From Acinetobacter phage 5W, in the sequence record MT349887.1: DNA of 43,032 bases, one strand, 5' to 3'. Within the stretch, counting starts at the first letter, position 1. Every line of letters starts with the position of its first letter. Below the pieces are notes generated by a model. That model was not told the origin of the DNA and searched no databases. It worked only from the letters and a program-made list of their open reading frames with translations. Below, in pieces: positions 18,919 through 28,108 of this stretch. The translations under genes and the position numbers were made by a program.

Positions 18919-19698
18919 ATGACTCAATTATTTTTTCAAGCGAAGAACTTTGTAAGTAAGAGATCTTTACCTAAATTATCAAATGTTGATGATTTGCTGC
19001 CAAATCTTGAGTATGAAGCGTATGGGCATTGGGTTTTTGAAAACACATCGGCTTCATTGACGGATAAAGTGAATAATAGACTTTTAGCATTGCAAAGTGG
19101 TGCTACAGTGCAACCCATTTACTCTGAATCGGGAGTAACAATCTCAACTGCCGTAGGTAATGCTCTTGTAAGTGATTTAATTGATACATCAGCACAAAGT
19201 GTAACGCTTACAGCAGTTGTGAAATGCAATAACACCCAATTAGCTATTTTATTAGGAAACTTAGTACCCAGCAATTCTACAACGAGTAGTGGTTTAGCGG
19301 GCTTTGCTTCGGCCGGGAAGGGATACTTGACAGTTAAGCCAACCGCTGCTGCTGGTTCGGGGGGAATTTCGTCATTAACACCAGCATCTGGGCATAATCA
19401 AACATCAAACTTTTTTATTGCTGTTAGCGTAGATAAAGCAACTAAAAAAGGAATTATTTACGTTCAACAAAATTCGGCAGAATTAACAAACGAAGCAGTT
19501 TATACAGCTCCTGTTTACGAAAGTGCACTGAATAAGTTTGCTTTTGGCAATAATGCATACACGGGATCAAATGCCCCGGCAAATACAGCAACTTTTGCAG
19601 AAGGGGTTATCTTTGATAAAGCTTTAACTTTAGATGAAATTAAAGCTGTTGCAACCCGATCAAAAAATCGGATGGCAAATCGCGGAATCATCTTTTAA
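18919..19698 (+). CDS. Concanavalin A/LamG-like jelly-roll domain tail protein
   Basis: 259 aa; C-terminal 'FAFGNNAYTGSNAPANTATFAEGVIFDKALTLDEIKAV' resembles LamG_3-type lectin domains. Confidence 0.45.
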   Translation: MTQLFFQAKNFVSKRSLPKLSNVDDLLPNLEYEAYGHWVFENTSASLTDKVNNRLLALQSGATVQPIYSESGVTISTAVGNALVSDLIDTSAQSVTLTAVVKCNNTQLAILLGNLVPSNSTTSSGLAGFASAGKGYLTVKPTAAAGSGGISSLTPASGHNQTSNFFIAVSVDKATKKGIIYVQQNSAELTNEAVYTAPVYESALNKFAFGNNAYTGSNAPANTATFAEGVIFDKALTLDEIKAVATRSKNRMANRGIIF

Positions 19699-19738
19699 TT
19701 AGCCCCTTAATTGGGACTTTTTTATTTCCGAGGGGAGT

Positions 19739-20161
19739 ATGAAAAATCTCGAAGCAGTTCAAGAAGCCTTAACTTGGCTCGGTACCCCATATCATCATCA
19801 AGGGCGTATTAAAGGTGTCGGTGTGGACTGCGGAACATTGATCTGTGAAGTCTACGAGAAAGTAGGGCTCATGGATCACCTAGATCCGCGACCATATCCA
19901 CCAGACTGGCACATGCACCAGATGGGACAACGCTATTTAGAGCTCATTTTAGGTGTATGTGATCCGATTGAAGGGCCACCACAACCCGGGGATATAGTTT
20001 TATACCACTTTGGCAAATGTATCAGTCATGGTGCAATTGTGATTGAGTGGCCACAGGTCATTCACAGTTATATCCATCAGGGAGTCATTATCCAAGATGG
20101 AACAAAAGGAAGTTTAGCCCGGCGAATTGCCGGGTTTTTTCGTATGAAGAGGCTTAAATAA
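19739..20161 (+). CDS. NlpC/P60-family cell-wall peptidase (GTA g14-like)
   Basis: 140 aa; catalytic Cys context 'GVGVDCGTLICEVY' and downstream His residues; canonical position in GTA-like tails. Confidence 0.75.
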   Translation: MKNLEAVQEALTWLGTPYHHQGRIKGVGVDCGTLICEVYEKVGLMDHLDPRPYPPDWHMHQMGQRYLELILGVCDPIEGPPQPGDIVLYHFGKCISHGAIVIEWPQVIHSYIHQGVIIQDGTKGSLARRIAGFFRMKRLK

Positions 20162-22651
20162 ATGGGTGGATTATTTGGTAGTACTACAATTAGTACAACG
20201 GATACCCGTATTAACTCTATGCGGATCCAGCAGTCAGCTTATGGGCTTTGCCAGCCATTGGTTTATGGTAAAACTCGTGTAGCGGCTAATATGTTTTGGT
20301 ATGGAGATTTTACAGCTACACCTCATACAACAGTTCAAAAGTCTGGTGGTAAGGGTGGGGGTACAAAAACCAGTAATACCACCTTTAGTTATAGCGCCTC
20401 TCTCATGCTCGGTTTATGTGAAAACCAGATTAAAAAGATTGGCCTGATTTGGGTAGACAAAGAGCAATATGTACCTAAACAAGAAGGATCTATTACCTTA
20501 GATCCCATCGACCAGTTAAAATTTGAATTATTCGATGGAAATAATAATCCGCCGTGGGGATGGTTAGTATCAAAGCATCCAGATCAAGCCATTAACTATC
20601 CTTATCTTGGGTATGTGGCCGCTGCCAATTACGAGATGGGTAATAGTGCCAGTCTTTCAAACCATAACTTTGAAGTGATTAGTACCATCACTTTGTCGGA
20701 TACCATTGATGATGCTAATCCTGCGGATGTAATTGAAGACTTCATTACGCATCCTCGCTATGGGGCTGCCCCAAATCTTAACATTGCAGATCTATCGGAA
20801 TTTCGTACTTATTGCCGAGCAGCCAACCTTCTTATTAGTCCAGCATTCACCGAACAACGTGCAGCTTATGAAACGATTAATGAAATTGTAGAAGCTGTAA
20901 ATTGTGCTGTGGTACCAAGCCCAGATGGCTTAAAGATCCGTTCTTTTGGGGACTCTGCAATAACGGGTACCGGAGTAACTTTTACTCCAGATCTCACACC
21001 TGTTTATCACTTAACAGATGATGATTTTATAGGTGATGATGAACCGGTAAGAGTACGCCGTAGCCGTGATACTGATGCTTATAATCATGTGCAGATTGAA
21101 TACATCAATCGATATAATCAGTACAACACCGAAACAGTAGAAGCCAAAGATCAGGCAAATATTGAAATGTACGGATTGCGTACGGAAGATCCGGTAGAGA
21201 ATCATTTCTTTTGTGAACCAAAAATAGCTCGTCATGCTGCACAGCTTCGCTTACAACGATTGCTTTATGTGCGTAATGAATATGAGTTTAACCTTGGTTG
21301 GAAGTACTGCCGTTTAGAGCCAATGGACATTCTTACGTTGACTGAATCGGGATTGGGGCTTGATAAATTCCCTGTTCGTATTACACGTATAGAGGAAGAT
21401 GAAAGCGGCATGTTAACCGTTACTGCAGAAGAATTATCTATCGGTTCAAGGTCTGCCATTGAGTATGACTCTCAAGTGTCAAATGGTTATCAGGGCGGAA
21501 ATGAAGAGCCGGGTAATGTGAATGCACCATCTATATTTGAGCCACCGCTGGATCTTACGGATGGCAAGAATCAAGTTTGGGTTGCTGTCTCGGGCGGGGC
21601 TAATTGGGGTGGATGTAATGTTTGGGTGAGCCTTGATAATACGACATATGAAATGATTGGCACAATTTATGGATCGGCACGTTATGGGCAGCTTGTTACA
21701 ACAGTTGATGCAGATGATACGACATTACAAGTTGAGCTAAATACAGCAAGCCAGATCTTCAGCGGAACATTAGAAGATGCTCAAGCTGACCAAACACTTT
21801 GTAAAGTGGGGGATGAGTATTTTAATTATCAGGTAGCCACCTTAAACGGATCTGGTCTTTATACCTTAAGTGATGTTTTACGTGGACGTTTTGATGATGC
21901 ACAAAGCCACAACGCTGGTGAGCCATTTGTTCGTTTGGATAAAGCTATATTCAAATATCCGTACAATGAGGGTCTAGTAGAAAAACAAATCTTTTTAAAG
22001 TTCACAAGCTTTAATGGTTTGGAACGTAAGGAGCAAACCTTAGATGAGGTTACGGCGTATAGCTATACTCTAAGTGGCGGCCGTCCAGCAGGTGTTAAAG
22101 GTCTTTCCCTCCAATCACCGTTTGTTGGTACCACTTTCAAGGTTCAATGGCAAAGCTCAACTGGTGCAGATGGCTATCGTGTTCAGGTCTGGTCTAATGG
22201 GACAATGATTCGTCAAGTTGATACAACTAATACGGATTATAGTTATTCGATCGAAGAAGCCAAACAAGACGGTTTAGGCCGAGCTTACACAATTCGAGTG
22301 GCCAGCAAAAATGGTGACCAAGTTAGTACCTTTGCTGAATTGAGTATTAGTAATCCGGTTCCGCCAGTACTTCTCAATGTGTACACAGCAGCAACTGTAG
22401 ATTCTATTACGGTGAATTGGGTGCCTAGTGAAGTACCGGATCTGAAAGACTATGCAGTGTGGCTAAGTCCAACACCTAATTTTGATCCAACACAAATGCC
22501 GCCTACGTGGACCGGCACAGATTTAACAACTACTTTTGGAGGCTTACAACCAACAACCCCATATTACATTCGTGTAGCTGTACGTGATGTATGGGAAAAC
22601 ACAGTCTGGAATTATACAAATCAGATTACTCAAAGTACTTCTGAAGGTTAA
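20162..22651 (+). CDS. Host specificity / baseplate protein (GTA g15-like) with C-terminal fibronectin type III repeats
   Basis: 829 aa; follows NlpC/P60 gene; C-terminal FN3-like repeats; last tail gene before lysis cassette. Confidence 0.75.
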   Translation: MGGLFGSTTISTTDTRINSMRIQQSAYGLCQPLVYGKTRVAANMFWYGDFTATPHTTVQKSGGKGGGTKTSNTTFSYSASLMLGLCENQIKKIGLIWVDKEQYVPKQEGSITLDPIDQLKFELFDGNNNPPWGWLVSKHPDQAINYPYLGYVAAANYEMGNSASLSNHNFEVISTITLSDTIDDANPADVIEDFITHPRYGAAPNLNIADLSEFRTYCRAANLLISPAFTEQRAAYETINEIVEAVNCAVVPSPDGLKIRSFGDSAITGTGVTFTPDLTPVYHLTDDDFIGDDEPVRVRRSRDTDAYNHVQIEYINRYNQYNTETVEAKDQANIEMYGLRTEDPVENHFFCEPKIARHAAQLRLQRLLYVRNEYEFNLGWKYCRLEPMDILTLTESGLGLDKFPVRITRIEEDESGMLTVTAEELSIGSRSAIEYDSQVSNGYQGGNEEPGNVNAPSIFEPPLDLTDGKNQVWVAVSGGANWGGCNVWVSLDNTTYEMIGTIYGSARYGQLVTTVDADDTTLQVELNTASQIFSGTLEDAQADQTLCKVGDEYFNYQVATLNGSGLYTLSDVLRGRFDDAQSHNAGEPFVRLDKAIFKYPYNEGLVEKQIFLKFTSFNGLERKEQTLDEVTAYSYTLSGGRPAGVKGLSLQSPFVGTTFKVQWQSSTGADGYRVQVWSNGTMIRQVDTTNTDYSYSIEEAKQDGLGRAYTIRVASKNGDQVSTFAELSISNPVPPVLLNVYTAATVDSITVNWVPSEVPDLKDYAVWLSPTPNFDPTQMPPTWTGTDLTTTFGGLQPTTPYYIRVAVRDVWENTVWNYTNQITQSTSEG

Positions 22652-22667
22652 TTTAAATTTTTACATA

Positions 22668-22691
22668 GCACCCAAATGGGTGCTTTTTTTT
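22668..22691 (+). terminator. Rho-independent terminator (gcaccc-aaat-gggtgc + T8)
   Basis: GC stem followed by tttttttt right after the host-specificity gene. Confidence 0.8.
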
Positions 22692-22713
22692 GCCTACTTC
22701 TGGAGTAAAAGGC

Positions 22714-23103
22714 ATGGAACCAGTTTCTACAAGCGGTTTAACAGCAATTTTAAAATTTTATGGTGCAGCAATTATGGTGACTCTAGCTGTCGCATTGGTT
22801 GCCGCCGTTGTATTGATGACACGTATGCCGCGCTCACCTCAAGAGTGGGCTGTAGGCTTGATCTGTACGGTTGTATCAAGTTTGGCTGGCGGCTCATTCA
22901 TTATTGTGAAGTGGGGGCTTCATGAATGGGTTACTGATGTATGGGGGATGATTGCTCTAGGTGGGTTCTTCTTTGTTTGTGGATTACCCGGTTGGGCTTT
23001 GGTCCGTTGGATTTTTAACTTCATAGATAAACAGGAAGGTAAAACGATTGTGGAAGTGATCAAAGAGTTTAAGAAAGCCAGAAAAGACATTGAAAACAGT
23101 TAA
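22714..23103 (+). CDS. Holin-like membrane protein (3 TM)
   Basis: Track ORF starts at TTG 22690; ATG 22714 has RBS 'ggagtaaaaggcATG'; three hydrophobic helices, charged C-terminus; immediately upstream of endolysin. Confidence 0.55.
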   Translation: MEPVSTSGLTAILKFYGAAIMVTLAVALVAAVVLMTRMPRSPQEWAVGLICTVVSSLAGGSFIIVKWGLHEWVTDVWGMIALGGFFFVCGLPGWALVRWIFNFIDKQEGKTIVEVIKEFKKARKDIENS

Positions 23104-23104
23104 T

Positions 23105-23126
23105 GCCGCCTTCGGGCGGTTTTTTA
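23105..23126 (+). terminator. Rho-independent terminator/attenuator (gccgcc-ttcg-ggcggt + T-run)
   Basis: GC stem with ttcg loop followed by ttttttatt between holin and endolysin genes. Confidence 0.7.
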
Positions 23127-23145
23127 TTACCTAAGGAAAAGTTAA

Positions 23146-23688
23146 ATGAACATTGAACAATATCTTGACGAACTCATTAAGCGTGAAGGCGGGTATGTAA
23201 ATAACCCAGCTGATCGAGGAGGGGCAACTAAGTATGGAATTACTGAAGCAGTTGCTCGAGCGAATGGATTCAAAGGTAATATGCGAGATTTACCTCTGGA
23301 TGTAGCCAAAGCAATTTACCGCAAAAACTATTGGACAGCTCCACGATTTGACCAAGTAAATGCAGTTTCTTCTGCAGTAGCTGAAGAGCTTCTAGACACT
23401 GGTGTGAATTGCGGTACCGGATTTGCAAAACCTCTTTTACAACGAGCTTTGAACTTGCTTAATAACCAAGGTAAAGCTGGATATGCAGATTTAGAGGTTG
23501 ATGGTGTTTATGGCTCAGCAACGCTAGGTGCCCTTAAAACATACTTGTCAAAACGTGGGAAAGAAGGTGAGAAGGTTCTGGTGCGAGTGCTCAATATTAT
23601 GCAAGGGCAACGCTACATTGAAATCTGTGAGCGTAATCCAAAGCAGGAACAGTTTTTCTATGGCTGGATTGCTAACCGGATCGGCTAG
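23146..23688 (+). CDS. Endolysin: GH108 lysozyme-like domain + PG_binding_3 peptidoglycan-binding domain
   Basis: N-terminus 'EGGYVNNPADRGGATKYGIT' is the GH108 signature; RBS 'aaggaaaagttaaATG'. Confidence 0.8.
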   Translation: MNIEQYLDELIKREGGYVNNPADRGGATKYGITEAVARANGFKGNMRDLPLDVAKAIYRKNYWTAPRFDQVNAVSSAVAEELLDTGVNCGTGFAKPLLQRALNLLNNQGKAGYADLEVDGVYGSATLGALKTYLSKRGKEGEKVLVRVLNIMQGQRYIEICERNPKQEQFFYGWIANRIG

Positions 23689-23689
23689 C

Positions 23690-23827
23690 ATGAAAATCTT
23701 TCACAGTAAGCGAACTAAGTTTGCTTCGATTATTACTGTGCTGTGTATTCTATTATCGGGCTGCACAGCCCATACGATCAAAAATAATATTAGAGTCAGC
23801 ATTTGCGTACAGTGTGTTGTTAATTGA
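23690..23827 (+). CDS. Small lipoprotein (o-spanin-like lysis accessory protein?)
   Basis: 45 aa; 'MKIFHSKRTKFASIITVLCILLSGC' is an SPII signal with lipobox LSGC; starts 1 nt after endolysin stop. No separate i-spanin seen. Confidence 0.4.
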   Translation: MKIFHSKRTKFASIITVLCILLSGCTAHTIKNNIRVSICVQCVVN

Positions 23828-24121
23828 CATTTTGTACCAACTACCTAAGGTTGGCCAAAGCAGCTGCAGTATTTGGCCAACTTCTCGATATTAATTTAAG
23901 TTATTGAAAAATAGTAACTAGAGAAAAAATAACATTTATGTTTGATTGGCATTTTGTATCAAAAAATAGAAGAGTAATTAAAATAGCCTTTTTCTTCTGA
24001 GAATAATTTTGCGCAAAAATATCAATATTAAGCAAATATGAGCATAAATTTGCGCAATACACTTAACTTACTTGAACGATGGATTGATGTATCATTATTA
24101 AAATTACTTTGAATTATTGTT

Positions 24122-24316
24122 ATGTCTTCACAGTTAATCAAAATTCATTATCATGCATATTCTCGCGTTGCAGATCTATTAGCAGATCTAGATAAGAAAG
24201 GAGAGGTCACTAAAATTTATGACCTCAATGGCAACGAATTAAAAATTAATTTCTTGCGTGACGAAGTTTATTATAAAAAAGTCTGGTGGCATTTTCAGAA
24301 GAAGCAAGGCGGTTAA
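24122..24316 (+). CDS. Hypothetical small ORF adjacent to integrase 3' end
   Basis: 64 aa ORF following an AT-rich intergenic region with TTGCGCAA palindromes; no recognisable domain. Confidence 0.25.
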   Translation: MSSQLIKIHYHAYSRVADLLADLDKKGEVTKIYDLNGNELKINFLRDEVYYKKVWWHFQKKQGG

Positions 24317-25509
24317 ACCGCCCAGCTATCCACAATATTAGCCCAGTCCTGTAGCATTTTTCGCCTGCTTTCTAAATATTTGGCATGGTTATATGTGGCC
24401 CTAGTTTTATTACCATCTGCATGCGCTAATTGTTTTTCAATCCATTTGTCATCGTAATCCTTTTCATTTAACAAGGTTGATGCAGTGGCACGAAAGTCAT
24501 GAGCAGTGACATCAGACAAGCCAATGTAATCGAGCATTTTATTCATTGTAGTAGCGGAGAGCATCCCATCTTGATAGATGGCTGGAAAAACATATTCACG
24601 ATTACCTACAATGTTGCGCTGTTCTTGAAGAATATTAAAAACTTGGTCAGACATAGGAACGATATGAATACGTTTCTTTTTCATCATCTCTTTTGGGAAT
24701 GTAATTGTTCTAGCTTCAAAATCAACATATTCCCATTTCATGCGGCGGATCTCGATAGTCCTGAGCATAGAGTAGAGCATTACAAGGCCAGCATTTTTAA
24801 CTGTAGTAGATCCACCATAGCTATTTAATTTATTTCTAAGTTGCACAGCCTCATATTTTTCCATGGGTCTGGCATGTTCTATTTCGGGACGTTCTACAAC
24901 GTTTTTAACGGCATAGGTTGGATCATAGTCGGCTCTAAGTGTGGCGATTGCATAACGCATTACGCCGCCAATAAAAGTACGATTTTGAATTGCTGACACT
25001 TCGCCAGTACCATGGTTTTTTTGACGCTTAACTCGTGCAATCGTCTTTTTCATGATAGTCAAAACGTCTGCTGAGGTGACTTCTTTAATATCCTTATCAC
25101 CAATAACTTTTAAAATATCTTTATCTAAGGCGCGTTGAAAAGCTTCTTGATACCTTTCTGAACGATTATTTAATTTTTCTGCTTTATATTCTGCAGCAAC
25201 ATGTTTAAAGAGAACCCTATTGTCATACTCATCAGATTTAGCCTTTTTTTGGTTTTCTTTTTCTTCAACTGGATTTATACCGCTTGCAACTAAAGATTTA
25301 GCTTCATCTCTTTTAGTACGGGCTTCAGCTAATCCCACAATAGGGTATTCACCTAAGCTCATCATTTGTGTTTTTTTGAGCCATTGAAAACGATAGCGCC
25401 AATACTTCTTGCCATTAGGTTTTATTTCAACACACAAACCATCGGAATCACCAAGCCTATAAAGCTTTTCTTTCGGTTTTGCACTTCTAATTTTTGAGTC
25501 ACTTAACAT
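24313..25509 (-). CDS. int: Tyrosine integrase (P4-type, DUF4102 arm-binding N-domain)
   Basis: 398 aa; N-terminal 'LSDSKIRSAKPKEKLYRLGDSDGLCVEIKPNGKKYWRYRF' is the DUF4102 arm-binding N-domain; C-terminal catalytic domain carries conserved R, H-x-x-R ('AHDFRATAST') and Tyr ('RATYNHAKY') positions. Confidence 0.9.
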   Translation of the reverse strand: MLSDSKIRSAKPKEKLYRLGDSDGLCVEIKPNGKKYWRYRFQWLKKTQMMSLGEYPIVGLAEARTKRDEAKSLVASGINPVEEKENQKKAKSDEYDNRVLFKHVAAEYKAEKLNNRSERYQEAFQRALDKDILKVIGDKDIKEVTSADVLTIMKKTIARVKRQKNHGTGEVSAIQNRTFIGGVMRYAIATLRADYDPTYAVKNVVERPEIEHARPMEKYEAVQLRNKLNSYGGSTTVKNAGLVMLYSMLRTIEIRRMKWEYVDFEARTITFPKEMMKKKRIHIVPMSDQVFNILQEQRNIVGNREYVFPAIYQDGMLSATTMNKMLDYIGLSDVTAHDFRATASTLLNEKDYDDKWIEKQLAHADGNKTRATYNHAKYLESRRKMLQDWANIVDSWAV

Positions 25510-25799
25510 GAAATCTTGAGTATCCGGTTATGATTTTTAGGGTCATACTCAAAATGATACTCAAGATTGGTGATTTTGCATAGTTTGCTTAGATTTGCCT
25601 AGATTTGTAATTTTAATAAATTTCAATAATTTGTGATTTTCAAAATTTTGCTAGATTTTTTTAGATTTGTTCAATACTTCTTTTCGATCATTAGAAGCAT
25701 TTTAGATTCAACTCACTAATATATAAAGGGATTTTATTTTGGGGTGATTTTGATACTCAATTTGGTACTCAATATTGAAAAAGTACCTATCTCATTGTA

Positions 25800-25827
25800 T
25801 AAAATAAAGCCACCTCAATAGGTGGCT
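25800..25827 (-). terminator. Rho-independent terminator for leftward early operon (agccacc-tcaata-ggtggct, T-run on - strand)
   Basis: Perfect 7-bp stem; A-run on + strand upstream (T-run for - strand transcript); overlaps the xis-like gene stop. Confidence 0.6.
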
Positions 25828-26084
25828 ACTTTACCAGATTCTTTTGTGTCTGTAACGACAGATTGCACGTAGGACAATAACCAAAAACTTTTTCGCCCAT
25901 CCTTGTATGGCCTTTGGTATCTGCCTTCACGAATCCGAGCGTCTAGAGTTTCAGGTTCGATATTGAGCATGTGTGCAAATTCTTCACGACCAACTCGGCG
26001 TTCTTCTTTTGACTGAGCAATACGTTCAGCTACAGCAACAATCTTTTCTAGAATGCTAGCCTCTATTTTAACTATTTGTCCCAT
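25815..26084 (-). CDS. Putative excisionase / small HTH DNA-binding protein
   Basis: 89 aa basic protein immediately upstream of int and co-oriented; composition consistent with Xis/AlpA-like proteins. Confidence 0.4.
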   Translation of the reverse strand: MGQIVKIEASILEKIVAVAERIAQSKEERRVGREEFAHMLNIEPETLDARIREGRYQRPYKDGRKSFWLLSYVQSVVTDTKESGKVATY

Positions 26085-26420
26085 TTACTCCTCCTTACTT
26101 TCCGCTTTAGGGTTTGCCCACCAAAGAACAGGGCCATTTTCTGAATCAAATGCTGCTATTAGAAATAAGCCTTCTTGTGGTGGCTGCGGCTTCCAGTTGG
26201 ACCAATCACTAAGATTATCTTCTGGAATCTCTTCAATATCCCAATAGTCAAGGTTTTCGATTTTTATAGAAACACCAAGGTTCTTTTGCAGTTGTGCCCA
26301 TTGTTCTTTTGTATAAAACTCAGCATGCTCTCCAATTGTGTCATGTAGCTCTATATCAGGATGGAACCAGCAGCTATTTAAATCATCCGGTACTTGTGTT
26401 GGTTGTATTTGATATTTCAT
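26085..26420 (-). CDS. Hypothetical early protein
   Basis: 111 aa ORF, tightly packed in leftward early operon. Confidence 0.45.
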   Translation of the reverse strand: MKYQIQPTQVPDDLNSCWFHPDIELHDTIGEHAEFYTKEQWAQLQKNLGVSIKIENLDYWDIEEIPEDNLSDWSNWKPQPPQEGLFLIAAFDSENGPVLWWANPKAESKEE

Positions 26421-26812
26421 TCCTCAGCTCCATATCCGTAAAATTGTTTTGCCTCATCAAAGCTTTTGGTTACAAGGGGAGCAGAACCTTTCTTGTAGCA
26501 AATTACAATTTCATCAAATTTAAAAACACGTTCAGCAGTCTTCAAATCAAAGCATTGATACATTGCTTGGTTGAACCAGCTTTCTACATAAAATAGTTTT
26601 TTAATATGATCCTTACGGGTGCCGTGCCATTTCTGGACTTTGATAACATCATCGAAAATTTCTAAGAAAAAGTTGTTGCCTTCCTTTTCATGCATTTTTC
26701 TATAACGATCAACAGCTCGCTCCGCTATCTCTTTTGAGGCTGCTGGGGTTTGTTTAAAAGGGCTATCGCCTTCAGGTCGCATTGCAACTGCCCATAAAGT
26801 TGATTCACTCAT
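26417..26812 (-). CDS. Hypothetical early protein
   Basis: 131 aa ORF with 4-nt overlaps to neighbours. Confidence 0.45.
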   Translation of the reverse strand: MSESTLWAVAMRPEGDSPFKQTPAASKEIAERAVDRYRKMHEKEGNNFFLEIFDDVIKVQKWHGTRKDHIKKLFYVESWFNQAMYQCFDLKTAERVFKFDEIVICYKKGSAPLVTKSFDEAKQFYGYGAEE

Positions 26813-27156
26813 CCTTCAGCTCCCGATTCGCTTGCTTCAACCATTGCCTTATATCCGTTTTTACTCAGCGTCGACATCGGCGCGACTGAATATCGTTCAT
26901 ATGCTTGGAACATCTTTTCAGTTGGTACTCTTGGTAAAAGAACATAACCCTCTGGCACCGCCTGAGCTTTGGCTTTTTCTAACAAGTCACGTTGCGCATA
27001 AACTTCACCAAGTTTCATTGCATATTCAATGAGAAGTTCAAGCTTTTCATCATCAAAATATTCATCTGCAATTTCAGCTTTTAAATTGTCAATTTGACGA
27101 TCTAAAACACCAGCCGAAAGTTCAAGTTCCATTCTTTCCTTATTCAAATCTGTCAT
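26809..27156 (-). CDS. Hypothetical early protein (coiled-coil)
   Basis: 115 aa ORF, overlapping gene boundaries typical of a phage operon. Confidence 0.45.
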   Translation of the reverse strand: MTDLNKERMELELSAGVLDRQIDNLKAEIADEYFDDEKLELLIEYAMKLGEVYAQRDLLEKAKAQAVPEGYVLLPRVPTEKMFQAYERYSVAPMSTLSKNGYKAMVEASESGAEG

Positions 27157-27160
27157 GTCA

Positions 27161-27529
27161 TCACCTAATTACTGTAAATTTGAAATTCTTTAAGTTAATA
27201 GCAGTCATCTTGTTGCAGTGCTGACACTTGGTTCGGGCTCTTTTCTTTAGCTCATCAAGGTCTTCACTAATCTGCTTTTTCTGCTCTGTAATCCTTGCTT
27301 GCTGTCGGGACCAATATTTCATAGTGTCTTTGATCCACATCACAGGATTTACTTTTGCTCCGCACTTCATGCATGTAAGTTCTAAAGCTTTAGTGTCAAT
27401 CTCTACTTGTGCATGCTGACACTTATGCAGATTTGTTCTTGGGAAGGGCACTACGTTTTCTTCAACATTCAAGACGATGTGATCTTGAAAAGGGTAGTTC
27501 ATATTCCCTCTGTATTCTTGATCTGTCAT
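27161..27529 (-). CDS. Zinc-ribbon protein of unknown function
   Basis: 122 aa; paired CxxC motifs ('CMKCGAK', 'CQHCNK'). Confidence 0.45.
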   Translation of the reverse strand: MTDQEYRGNMNYPFQDHIVLNVEENVVPFPRTNLHKCQHAQVEIDTKALELTCMKCGAKVNPVMWIKDTMKYWSRQQARITEQKKQISEDLDELKKRARTKCQHCNKMTAINLKNFKFTVIR

Positions 27530-27538
27530 GCTGCCACC

Positions 27539-28054
27539 TTACTTAAATGCCAATTTTTTAGTTCTAATGAACTCAATGCCTTTGATATCAGTGATAGATT
27601 CACGAGCATTGAGTAGGGCGCGCTTATCTACTTCGACTGTAGTTTTTTCTCGTTTAAATTGAGCCGGAATTTCTTCCTCGTTTTTTACAACTACAGACCA
27701 AGGACTTTCTTTTACCTTGATTGAAAGAACTGGATCTTCAATTTCACTGACACCAAACTCAAGCATTTGATCTAGTAAAAGATCGTGAAGATATCCATAT
27801 GTACTTTTAATACGTTTGGCTTTATCAGAAAGACGCTGTGCCTCAGTAGCTATCAGTTTTTCTTCCAACATCATTTGATGGACAAACTTTGCCACACGCT
27901 TTGACTTTTCTTTCCATTCGCCTTCTTTAGCAACCATGCCTTCCAGCAACAGTTGAACTTCTTCACTATCGGAACTTGCACCTTCAGCTAAAAGATCTTG
28001 AATTCGCTCAACCTGTTCAGCTAGGTCATATCCAATGTCATATAAAGTTGTCAT
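27539..28054 (-). CDS. Sipho_Gp157-like protein (recombination-module accessory)
   Basis: 171 aa acidic coiled-coil protein adjacent to SSB-like/Sak4-like genes, as in Gp157-Sak4 modules. Confidence 0.45.
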   Translation of the reverse strand: MTTLYDIGYDLAEQVERIQDLLAEGASSDSEEVQLLLEGMVAKEGEWKEKSKRVAKFVHQMMLEEKLIATEAQRLSDKAKRIKSTYGYLHDLLLDQMLEFGVSEIEDPVLSIKVKESPWSVVVKNEEEIPAQFKREKTTVEVDKRALLNARESITDIKGIEFIRTKKLAFK

Positions 28055-28108
28055 AATAATCCTCCCCAGGATTGAGGGCTTTCATTAGCCCTCGATTCTT
28101 GACAATAA

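Noticed and set aside
23528-23689. N-terminal portion of track ORF 23528..23827 overlapping the endolysin
   Set aside because: Only the part from ATG 23690 (lipoprotein signal + lipobox) is plausible; the upstream extension is out-of-frame overlap with the GH108 endolysin.
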